A DNA stretch of 64,000 nt from a virus (lineage: Duplodnaviria > Caudoviricetes), in IMG/VR virus record IMGVR_UViG_3300013426_000014, positions 64,001 to 128,000 of that record; one strand, written 5' to 3'. Shown piece after piece: positions 46,581 to 58,863 of the stretch. A program made the translations under genes and the position numbers. The first letter of the stretch is position 1. Every line of letters begins with the position of its first letter. The notes under the pieces are model-generated. The model was given only the letters and a program-made list of their open reading frames with translations. It was not told the DNA's origin and searched no databases.

Positions 46581-47555
46581 ATGAGAGTCGCTGTGATGAT
46601 AATGTCGGCGTCGGTCGAGCCGGCAGTGAGGAATACGGAGGCGGTACTTAAGTATATCGCGGACGACTGTTCTGATATGGCAAGGCGCGGTGAGCTGGTT
46701 AATGAATATGTGTTCTACCCGTATCTGACAGACGGTGGAAAATCCGGTGTGTATCCGGTTGACGGGCATGACGGCTGCTTCCGCATCGTGACTTCCGCGC
46801 CGGATGACATATATGGAACTTTTGAGAAGACGGTTGAGGCTTACCGCATGATACCGAAGGATTTCGATTTCATCATCCGGATAAACATATCATCCTTTCT
46901 TAATGTCAGGATGCTCGATTCGATGATTGACACTGCCGATCCGGATTCCATATATTGCAATACGGTCAATACGGTCATATCATCATATAAATACAGCAAC
47001 TTACTGTATCCGCGGGGCGATTTCTGGATGATGTCTGCCGCTGTTGCCGACAAGGTATTCAGTATGGCAGACAAATTCACTGTCAGTAGGGGCGATCCTG
47101 CGGACTTTATGAAGATGACCACGAATCTCGATCATGTGGACGACGTGTTGACCGGGATGTGCGCCGCCGCGGCGTACGGGAAGAAATATACCGGCATGAT
47201 AAAGCCGATTTATTACCAGTACATACCGAACGAGACGGATCCAGCCGGCCGGATTCCGGTAAGGCTGTGTGTACACGCGCTTACGTCAAGGGTGAAGACT
47301 GTGCCGTCGGGCATGTACAGCGGGTGGTCATGAGACGATAATGAATACCGCCGGCATGATGTCGTCAAGATGCGTGCGTTGTCTGATTTTTATAAGAAAA
47401 CGTCACGCGCGGATTATGATGGCGTGACGTTCGATGACATTGTCGTTCCGGACAGTGATTGCAATTCGAATATTTGTTATTCATTAGTCCGCTCGTCACT
47501 CACCGACGCACGGGAAATAGCCGGGAAAAAGGATTACGACACTTTGTTCAGATAG
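46581..47555 (+). CDS. Putative glycosyltransferase (GT31/galactosyltransferase-like)
   Basis: EKTVEAY, FDFIIRINISSFLN, GDFWMMS and DDVLTG; one TGA. Confidence 0.55.
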
Positions 47556-48889
47556 CCGTTGATATCGTCGATATATTTCGATATCTTATCCTTATACTCC
47601 TTTATATTCTCTTTTAGCACGTTGACTCTTATTTCGTTCATTCACGGGTCGACGTGTTCGGTGTTGAGTTCTTTTTTGATTCCTGTGTAATATTCGAAGC
47701 ACATTATGATCGCCGACAACGCATTTGACACCGACCTGACATCGGACGCGCTTTGTTCGAACAGCTTCGGCATCGCCGCACTGACCTTGGATATGATGTT
47801 TTTCACGTCGGCGTCGACCGTATCCGATTTGAGCATGTTCGACGCGATGATGAGTTTATACCGCGTGATGTTGTCGTTCAGTATCTTTATGTAGTCGTTC
47901 ATTCTATTGTATTCATTGTCCTGCCGAATCATGCCATTCCTCGCGTCCTTCCTGTCCTGCCGTTTTTTTCGCATCTCATTGCTGGATTCGACGGTACTGT
48001 CAGAATACCGCAATGCGATGACCTTTATGTCATATCCATGCTTCGCCCCGTATGGCGCGTTGCCGCTGATCTCGCTGGCCATCGTGTCGAATATATCTTT
48101 CACTTTATAGTAATATGTCGACGTATTGTTGAGGGCGTGCGATCAGATCACGTCGGGGCCGTGCGTCACAGCGACAAGCCGGTCTGTATCCTTGAAACCA
48201 AGGAACTCTGGATCTTTCGAAAACATTCAGAAAAGGACATCGTTATAAGCTTTGCTTGATGACGACATCGTTTTCGGCGCCTTTTTCAGTATGTAGAAGT
48301 CGGAGTCCTTCACCGCATCGGGTGCGAATCCGGCGAACTTGATACTGTCCATTATATACCGCGTCGATCTTTTGCGGTTAAACGACATGTAATTATTGTT
48401 CGGCGCGTTCAATGATTTCGTATTATGCCATTCGTCATTTGTGATATTACCCAGTCCTGTCGCGAGGTTAGTTAGCGCTTCGACTACGTTCAATGATTCT
48501 ATGTAACTGTTCGACAACACCTTTCCCCGGACGTCATCAATGAATTTGGATTTGCCACGATTTCCTCCATAATTGTACGGCATATGGATGCAGTCCAACA
48601 TCGACGCGTTCTGCATATCGAACCCTTTATTCGACGAGTTCGCATAATCCAGCAATTTCTTTGTGAACACGGTCGCGTCGTGATCTTCATATTTCAACTG
48701 TTTCAGGATTTCCGCGCCGGCTTTCTTCAGTCCGTCGAGGTCGTTCCATGCCTTGTTGTATGAGGATTTGATGTTTTTGTCCAGTTCCCTCAGTATGTTA
48801 CAATTGAACGCCTCGTTCAAGTCAGATTCATTAGAAGTTCTTGTCACCGATGAAAATCTGCCTGTATTGCGTCTGATATTCCCTGACAT
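47534..48889 (-). CDS. Hypothetical protein with coiled-coil C-terminus
   Basis: Open across three TGA; LNEAF motif near the N-terminus; start uncertain. Confidence 0.6.
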
Positions 48890-49346
48890 AACCAATCAGT
48901 ATTATTCTTTTTATCTTGTTTTCAGATTGCTCGTTATATACGATATCTGTTTTACATGTCGAAGTGTTTACACTATCTCATTCTTTTATGGTCACGACCC
49001 GGTCTGGATTCGACGCGCTGGATGCGTTTCATGTGTCGCCGTCATGGTAAAATATGTACGCGTCAATCCTCAGGTCGTCTATTCGCCTGAAATCTACACC
49101 ATAATTTATCATGTATTTCGTCACGGCCTGACCTTCTTCTGTATACACATTATAACTCAGCGACGTCAGCGTGCACGAATCGGTCCGTATGGAGAAATCA
49201 TTGTTTACATCGAGTGATACATCGCTGTCGGACAGTATGTATGTTCCGGTTGATGATTTCGTCATCGTGAAACCGTCCGCCCCGTCTGCCCCGTCCTCGC
49301 CAGGTATCCCGATCCCGGGTAGTCCGTATATTTTTTCTGTCGTCAT
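48831..49346 (-). CDS. Structural protein with a short collagen-like N-terminus
   Basis: GLPGIGIPGEDGADGADG; open across two TGA. Confidence 0.55.
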
Positions 49347-49350
49347 GTGG

Positions 49351-49965
49351 TTAATTCAATATCAACATTTCTTTTGTCGACAGGTTGCGCGCCATCACGA
49401 CGTCGTTCGTTGTCCACATCGAGTTGGGCTCCATGTCGAATGTTATCGACGTCAAAGCGCCGCTTCTGTATTTTCATACGTCGACCGCCCATCCGTCAAC
49501 CCTGCTCGTGTATGACGTCGATTTCAGCCCGAGGTCTCGTCTGAGCTTTGATACAGAATACATCGAATCGACATCTGCTGTGTAGTCGACGCCGTCTTTA
49601 CCCGCCTTTCCCGCTTTGCCGGTCACACCATATGTCGACAACCCGGGTATCGTCTCGTTGACTGCCGGCCGCGACTTCACCGCCTTCGCCGTCTTCATGA
49701 CGACGGTCCCGGCAGACTGGTTGATTTCGATGCTTTGACCTCCGCATGTCACGCGTACGGTCCGGACGGCACCGGTGTTTTCCGGTATCTGTATCGTTAC
49801 CGGTGTCACCATATTACCGGTGACGTCAACGAATGACGGTGTGACCGCGTTCTCGCCTGATATGACGGTACGGCCGGCGCCGTCTGACATTACGCCTATA
49901 TTAAATATCCCGCCATCCGCCGGTATCACATCTGGCCGTTTCGGCCATGTCAGTCTGATATTCAT
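49351..49965 (-). CDS. Structural protein with BACON-like domain and short collagen-like segment
   Basis: IPENTGAVRTVRVT..IEINQ and GKAGKAGKDG; one TGA. Confidence 0.55.
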
Positions 49966-49984
49966 GACAATAAACGACAAAATT

Positions 49985-50542
49985 TTACGTCTCGCTCTCG
50001 ACCGCCGCGTCATATATCAGGAACCTGCCGGTGTTTGGATCTTTTATCCTCACGCGTATGTCGCTGTATGCGCCGGATATAACGGCGGAACCGTTTATAT
50101 TCCTGATGATCCGTTCCCGTCCGCTCCCGTCCTTCCACATGAGATCATATCTGTTGTGTGAGTTCTCTTCCGCTGTGAATGTGAACGTCCCGTCAGATGA
50201 CATGCTCGCGTCGGTTATGGAGTTTGATACGCGCGGCGTTTCTGTCATGTCATCTTGTTTCAGCTCAGATTTTCCGGCGCTGATTATTCACGTGATCCCG
50301 TTCGTGTCTGAAATTATATCGCCGTCCTGATAAGGCCGTTCATCCGGCAGTTTCGACACGGAGTCGTCGAACGTCGTATTCGACTTGATCCGCGCCAGCA
50401 CGAAATCTTTGTTGTTCGACGTGCGGAGATCGTACGGCGCATAAAACACAGCAGATCCGTTCTTCCCCCGCGGCCCCCGCGGCCCGCGTTTTCCGTCGAC
50501 CGCCATGCCTGGCGTCAGGACGCTCGCGTCAAATACAACCAT
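49985..50542 (-). CDS. Structural protein with a short collagen-like N-terminus
   Basis: GKRGPRGPRGKNG; joins across TGA 50288-50290; late promoter upstream. Confidence 0.55.
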
Positions 50543-50569
50543 TCCCGGAACAACTACATTTTTACGATG

Positions 50570-50577
50570 TATTTATC
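50570..50577 (-). promoter_or_regulatory. Late promoter GATAAATA in a hairpin loop
   Basis: 28 nt upstream of ATG 50542. Confidence 0.65.
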
Positions 50578-50606
50578 CCGGGAATGGTCGGATATCGGTT
50601 ACGCCG

Positions 50607-53600
50607 TTAGTATTTAAGCTTCATTATGAAGCAGTATGGATGTTGTTCCGTTATGTCAAACGTCAGCGTCTTCGATCCGTCTGATTCCGTTTCAAACTTC
50701 GTGCCGATGTTCGTCATCCTCGTTCATCCATCGCCGGCACCGTCTGAGACAGACAGCCCGTCTGTCGATGTATCCGCTCATATCTCGACCGCTGAATCTG
50801 CGTTAACGATGATGTTCGGAAGTATCACGTTCTTGATGTATTCCGTCTTTGCGTGCGTTATGTTGTCCGGGTCGTTGATGTATGCTCACGCCGCGTTAAA
50901 CGCCGGGGTGTGGAGGATCGAGTCGACAAGCGCGTCGGTTATGTTAATCTTGACGCCGTCATCCTCTGTCCAGTGCGTCGCAAAGTTCGACACAGTTATC
51001 ACAGGGTTTTTCTTCCTGTTGAACGCGACAGCTTTGGAGTTGAAGAAGTTCTTCACCTCGCAACCGCCGAGATATCCGGCAATCGACTCCTTCGGAAGGA
51101 AATACGGCCGGATCGTCTCAGGATCCTTCTCGATACGGAACGCCTGATATACGAACGATTTCACTTCGCCCGATATCACCTCGCCTTTGACCCATTCTGA
51201 TTTGTCTGCCGCCCCGTGTCGGTAATCCGCCTTTATGACAGCCTTGTACTCGTATTCGGAATCAATCTTGAACTTTATCATATTGTTCGTGTACGCGAGG
51301 CACGCTGTATACATGTCAGGATCTTTGGTATTTGTCAGTATCGGTTTGAAATCCTTGTCTTTATACTTTGACTGCCAGATTTCTATCCATTTGTTGTTCC
51401 CTTTCTTTCTGATCATTATACCTCAGTCCGTGATGTCACATTGACCTTTCGACCTGCTGATTATGTTGTAATTGGCGACGGACCCGTCCTTATCCTTGAT
51501 TTCGCCGAAATCAAAATTCGACTGTTTGTCCGCGGACACATACGCCGGTATACCGATGTTGTAGTACATATACGTCGCGTTCTGCTGCGTGACCGCAACG
51601 CCGGTCGAAACGGCCGGGCGGTAATCCTCCATGCCACCCTGTACGACCTGCAACCGGATTTTTTTCGACATATTGTCATTGACGTCATAACCGGTGAACG
51701 TGAACATGCCGATGATCTGTTCGTCATTGAGTTCCGTGTCGTCGACAGTCAGTAACACATGCGATTCTCCGTCTGAATCGAACACTCCGTTCGTGTTGTC
51801 AATCCGCGCGACAATTTTGCCGTTGAACTCGATTTCCTGCTTATCTGCTTCTCATCTGTACGCCGCGTATTGCTTCGACGTCTGCCTTGTGTACAGAGTC
51901 ACGTCTATCTCCTTGCCGTCGATTACCACTGGAGCTTGCATTTCAGTTACGACGGACGGATCCGTATCATCACTGATTTTGTCGAATGATATCAGCGGCA
52001 ATCCGAGCGTCGACACGCGGTAGTCGCAGATCTGTGTTGTCGTGTTCGTCGTGTCGTCAGAACCCAGATATGCCCTGACGTATACCGTGCATTTTTTGAC
52101 GGTCGTCCTTGACTCGTTGGTCGGCGCGTATACCCACAGTTCCTTGCCGTCATTCTGTTTGGACACTCGGAACTCGTCACCGGTCGTGCCGATTTCCTCT
52201 TTCTCGAATGACCAGTTCGTCTGCAGCTTGTCGTTTTTTGCATCGTCCCTGCCGATTGTCACACTGGCCGTTATGTGCGGTCCCAGACTGCCGTCCGTTT
52301 CGAGTGCGTCGAATATCTTCGTCTCTGGCTCGACTTTCAGCGTCAGATATCCGGCGGCGTTCACTGTATATGTGCATGTCGTCTTTCATGTCCTGTCCCC
52401 GTCTTCGTATCCGTAAGTGAACGTGATGACGCATTCTTTCTGCTTCTCCGCTGTCGTGTTCTCCGGCATCCGCATCCGGATGCCTTCTGACCCGTTGTCC
52501 CTGACGTCGAACTCGTCACCGTCTGTTCCGCGTTCGGTTTTCGTCCACGACCATACCGTCCGCAGCGTGTCGGGGTCTCCCGTCACCTTGACGGCGATGT
52601 CGAACATCCTTTCCAGCGCCGTGCTCTCGTTGTCAGGATCCGTATAACCGTACCCGTCCGCTGATCCGACAGCCTGAGGCGGATCCACTGTAATCGTCAC
52701 TTCGCCCGCCGGCGGCACTGTATATTTGCAGATATACGTCCTGCTTGAATCCCCGCCTTCATAACCATAAGTAAACGTCAACGTGCATTCTTTGTTCTTC
52801 GATACCGACTGGTTCTGAGGGGCGACAAGCCGCAGCACATTCGGGTCCGCGGTCCGGACCACGGTAAACTCATCACCATCGGTCCCGCGCTCGTCCTTGA
52901 CAAAACTCCATACAACCGGCACGTTGTCCGCGCCGCCCTTGTATGTTACGGTCAGTTTCTGATCATCCAATCCGCTGTCTGTCATGATTTTGCCATCCGC
53001 CCGCAGCATCATGTTTTGTGGATCGACACTAAATTCGATATCAGAGTTCGGCATCACTATGAACGTGTATGTGTCAGACCATCTCGTATCGGATCCGACA
53101 TAACCATATGTAAATGTCAGCACGCATTTTTTCTCCCTTGACACGGACGCGTTCGACGGGCAGTCAACGGTGATCCTGTCGCCCGACCGTTTAACGACGA
53201 ACTCGTCACCGTCTGTTCCTTTCTCCTCTTTTGACCAGTCTCATTCGGTCTCGAGTCCCGGCTCGCCCGTGTCTGCATCCGCTCTCGCGTTGTCACCTGG
53301 CTGCAGGTCTGCTGTCAGCACGAACCCACCGCCGGCCGCGGTTATCACCCGCCGCCTGCCGTCCGACGCGTCATCGGTGATGTCCAAAGTCGGAGTATTA
53401 TCATCAGAAAGAGCCGTATTTACATCCCATACCGGGTTGTCCGCGGCGGCGACGACGTACGTGCCGGTCGCGGACCATGTTTTCTTGCCGTCGCCGTCCG
53501 CGTACCAGCATGTGAACGTGATGTCGCATTTTTTCTGCCTGTCTGTTGACGTGTTTTTCGGCGGCGTAATGGCCAGTTGAAAATCCTGCTCCGTAAACTG

Positions 53601-56600
53601 CCTTATCAGAAAGTCGTCCGTGTTGTTCGATTCGACTTTTTCATAATCTCATGATACCGGTAGCGGCAAGTTTGCATTATTTTCATCTGTCACATTCATC
53701 ATAATATTGAATGGATTGACTTCGCCTGGCTTTAATAATACAGAAGACGGTTCCAAAGTGATTTTCATTTGCGGGGCGGGCTCTACTGAATATACCGCAG
53801 TGAACGTTTTCTTCTCGTCCGATCCCTCGTATCCGTATTCGAACGTGACGTGACATTCTTTGTAATTCACAGTCGATGGGTTGACTGGCGGACGTACAGT
53901 CAAGCAGTCCGTCCCATCTGTCTTGCCGCGGCGGATGACGAATTCCGACCCGTCCGTGCCATACTCATTTCTTGTGTACGTCCATGTAATGAGCTTCGAC
54001 ATCGCGGCGTTTCCGCCGGCGTCGACATACACTTTTACCGTCAATGGGTTGTCCGGTTGCGCGTCACATTTTCATGTATGTCCGCCGTTCTCGTCGACCG
54101 GATCTATCGTGAATGATATCGCCGGTGCCGGCTCGACGACGCATCGTATCATGATTGATTCGTCCTGATCATGATCAGGCACGTCTGAACCCCAATTGTA
54201 ATATACGGTTATGTTGCACACCAGTGATTCCGTCGTCGACGTGTTGACCGGCGGCGTCACCTTGATACCATTTGACGCACGCTCCACGTTGAAACTATTA
54301 TTTGATGACTCGAACAAATATTCGGCGTTGTATATATGTGTAACGCCGCCGATATTAAATGAGTTCGCTGTCGTTATTTCAAATGTGTATGGATTGTCAT
54401 TACAGTTGAAACTGTGCGATGTCCCGCCTGTTACCTGTATCGCTGGTTTAGGGAATCGGAAGATGCCGAAATTGATAGATCTGGTCGTGGTGTTACCACT
54501 ACATAACGCCGTCGCCGAAATCGATCCGCTGCCGGATAAACCGACATTCGATGACATTTTGTTCGTACATCCGACACGGACTGTCGTGTATGCCGACGAT
54601 GTCGCCGGAGATGCCGCGGCGTAGCTCACGTTGTTCGGTTTACCTACCGACCATATACATTCCGCACCCTGTGTTTCGGTCACGCTGAACGTTCTTGTTC
54701 CCGCCGCTGGGCCGAACAGATATATCGGCGTCGTTCCTGACGGCGTCAGATATGAATCACCGTAATCTGATATGATTATTGTCGGGACGAGCGTGGATTT
54801 TACTGTATATGAGAATGTCCTGATAAAAGGTGTCGACTTGTTATATTTGTCGGATTTCACATCCGCGTCATCGTAATAACATTCGACTGTCACCGTGATG
54901 AATTGATCATATAACGTTTTATTCTGAATCGTATTATAATGAAATTCAGTACCGTTTGTAAGTTTTTGCGGTCATGTTACAGATGATATGCCGTTCAGTA
55001 TCAAATCACCCGCGTACGCGCTATCCGCCGACGCTGATCATTTTAATTTATCGTCATGTCCAGCCGGGAGATCTGCCAGTATGAAATATGGGGTTTCTGT
55101 TGTAATGGTCGATCCCTGTGGCATTATGTCGCCGTATGTATTTTCGGATTTTCATCTGCGGACGGTAAGGCTGAATGACGGTTCCGGTCATGCGTCCTGC
55201 GATCATGAAACAGTCTTCGACATGCTGTAGTCGTTGTAATCCTGCACTGTGACGGCGAGTCCGGTCCTTGTCTCAGTCGTCTTATTCGGTGATATTGTGA
55301 TTTTGAAGGTTTTCTTCGATCCAGGACCGACAAATTCAGTCAACGCGGTATCCGACGACATCGATTGACTATAAGCTGTTTCACATGACACGATATATTT
55401 CGATTGAACCGTTCCGGTATTGGTGATGATGCCGGTTAATGTCATTCCGTCTTTCTTGATTACACCTTCTATCTGGTTACCATACCTATCATACCAGTCG
55501 AGTGTGAATCCTTTCGCTCCGCCTAACTGTGTTACCGTGATGAGTCGTTCGTCTTGAACCGGTGATGTCTGCATGACGGATATTGTGGCGGATCTGTTCT
55601 CCGTTGTCAGAACGTTTTCATTTATCGTGAATCGCACATCGCCGAAATCGTTTTTCGCCACAGTGATATTGGTGTCACCGATGAATTTAAGCCAGTTTTC
55701 TTTTGACGTGATTGATATTTTGAATGTCGCCGGGACGTTTCCAACGTTCTTTATGTAAAACGCGTATGATCCGCCTATTCGCGGAATATTCGAGAACGCA
55801 TTGGACTGCAGCAGGTTCTGTTTGTTCTGATCATAAAGCTCGAAACCTGATATTTCCGCGGCCTTTCCCTGTGTTATGTTTATTGTTTTGACAACGAACA
55901 GATCGGTGTTCGCTGTGGCGTCTGATGAACTTACGGTTGCGTATGTCTTGTTTGACGGCAATATTCGTGATCAGAATGCCGTTTTGAATGTCCGGTCAAC
56001 GTCGACATTCTCGTTTTCTGGTACAGAAAACGTTATCAGTGAATCTGTCAGTGCCGGCAATATACTGGTCGTTCCGTTGATTGTCGTGCTGCCGTTCGGA
56101 AGAGTTTCTTGCGTTTTTGTTAGTTTCGGATTCGTATCGGATGGATACCCATAATTCCAGTAATTTGATGATCTTACACGGAATATTATTGTTCCACCGT
56201 CAGAGCTAAATCCTGACGCCGGCTGATCGGTATTAATATCAAAAATTGCTTTGTCTTGTGAGACTGTGATTATTTTGTTCTTTTTCTTGTCATTCGTCTT
56301 GTCGATAAGATTTCCGTCTTTTGTGTATCCAAAAGTGAGTGTGTATGCGGTATTATTGTTATAATTACGACTGGCCGGTATTAATAAATTATATGTTGTC
56401 TCATTTTCATTCGCGGCATTCTTGCTGTCTGATTTCACAGTGACGCCGTTCATTGTTTGTAAATAAGGCTTGTCTGGATTCGCCGTCTGGACGGTATACG
56501 TCCACGGGGCGGATGATCGCACATGTATAATTGGCGGCGTGACTAATGGATTATTGTTATACTTGATTTCACTGCCATACGGAGAAAAACCACTCAATCC

Positions 56601-58859
56601 GGCGGCATCATTACCATTATCATCATATATGATTTCGAATATGCCCGGTGATTGTGTAATAGTGTATTCCTTATAGTATACATCATTGGTTATCCAGCTT
56701 GTATCATTTTTGCTAGCGTTTACTGGCCTTGCATATATACGGACCGTGTATGTCCATGTCTGTGCATTGTAGTCTTCCTTATTTTCATATGAATATGGCG
56801 TGTCAATTTCTACGTTATTTGTACCATTCGACCCTTCATATTTCTGTCCGATCCAATCTTCCGCCATATCATTCTTCGTGTCCATGCATTGGAGATACCA
56901 TGGATTCGAAGATGACATTGAAAAGTTTGCTGACGTCGCCCCGGCGGAGATCTGTGTCTGCGGATTTGCGAATAGAATTGACGGTTCTTTCTGCTTCACT
57001 GTCAATAATACATTCGATGCCCAGTCGACGCTCGCGCCTTCGATCTTGAGATAAAAATTATATCACACGGCAATATTGCCGTCTTTGTGCCCCTTTCTTA
57101 CGTTTTCTGGAAATTCTGCCGTGACCGTTACTTTCGTATTGCCGCCAGTAATGGCCAGCTGCCCATTACCCATATTTCCCGCTGCTGTCAGCTTGACATT
57201 CGTATCAACGGAAGATTCGAATGCGTTTCCATCATATGACTTATAAACAGAAAGCGTTCACTTTGATGTGCTGGTATATGAATTGTCTCGTATCTCTATA
57301 TCAAGATTTCTACTGATTTTCCCAGCAGTCTCATAAGACGGTATTGCCGCGAAATCCGTAAAATCAGCAGAAGGGTATACCGTTCCGTTCGCCGGATATC
57401 CGAATTGCAATAGATATAAAGATGTAAATTGTTTCGTTCCTTCGTTATAATATATCCGGCTATTGTCAATATCCGCATAATTTATTGCTTGTACGATGAC
57501 ACCATAATAATGTGGATTTGTATCATCGCTACTTAATTCTTTAATTGTGACATCTACCACATCATCTGGAAGTTCCACGATTGCGGATGGTGGTATAGTG
57601 TAACCGTCAGTTCCGCCTGATAATTGGATATGAGACGAATCTGAATCATATGTTGTGCCAGCCGGAACTGTACTATCATTGATTGTACCAGATGCTATAC
57701 TCGCTTTGTACATTACATGCTCCGCGTCCCATATTATTACAGATTCATCTGTGTTATTTTTCACTACAAGTTTCGGTGGATCATTCGTATCTTTTTTGTA
57801 ACCTGTATAATCAATTGCCCCTGTTGTCACATTTGTTTTGTCATCATCCATTCTTCATCCTACCGTTATTGACGTTTTTTTTATTATATACGGTTGCTGT
57901 ATGAATAAAACGGGAACGACGATATATAAATAAAAATTAGACATACCAAGCACACCGCCGCCCACGGATGAATAATCTGATCAGTTATAATACTCTTCTG
58001 CTTTTATTTGAATATATCGCAAACACCATCTTTTACTAGTTTGATTTATGTTTCTTTGAACCGATAATGCAGTAGATTGCGTATTAGTGTAAATTTGATT
58101 TATGTTATTTTTTTTTGATAATAATACAGTATCTCGGTTGTACACGAAGTCGGTTTCCTCGTTTAACTTTGGCTGATTTGATGATTCGGTTACATTATAA
58201 ATTAAATTATATATATCTGTATTATATTTTTCTACATTTGATTTTATACTGTTCAAAATATTCTTTTTTGCGGTCGGCGAAGGATTTCTTAATAACGCAT
58301 CAATATACGCTTCCTCGTATTTTATGCGATCATATGGATTTGAATTTATCGTATCTGGTGTTCTACCGCATGCGATATTAACGGCAATATTGATATATGA
58401 TCCGTAATCGAAATCATCTCCATTATAACCGATGATAGATCCGACGATATCAGTATATATTGCTGTATTTATATTTAATGTCGTGTATTTTCCATTTTCT
58501 ATATTAATTATGATTGGATTTACAGCAACCTGCCCTAAATCACCAAGTCCATCATTGTATACAGGATTCGGTGCTACAAAATTTGGTTTGTCCACTCAAT
58601 ATGAACAAATATTGTAATCTTCAGCACTGTCATGATATGGTCGGTTAAATGATATCGATACATTTTGTGCTGTATTTGAATTCGACGGTATTGTATTTAT
58701 ACCCAAAATATAATTATTGGATATTAATGGATTTCAATTATCCGCTAAATACCCACTCTGATCAGCATCTGGCATCCAGCTTCCGCCAGATTCTTCAAAT
58801 CAACCAAGTATATTTGTGTCTCGATGTCCTCATACGCCACACCATCCTGTTGTCAACAT
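50607..58859 (-). CDS. Giant virion protein (~2750 aa) with BACON/Ig-like repeats, putative fibre or adhesin
   Basis: One frame stays open for 8.25 kb with about 23 TGA and no TAA/TAG; BACON-like ENRSATISV..ITVTQ; repeated GTDGDEF..KECxxTFTYGY modules. Confidence 0.75.
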
Positions 58860-58863
58860 AATA

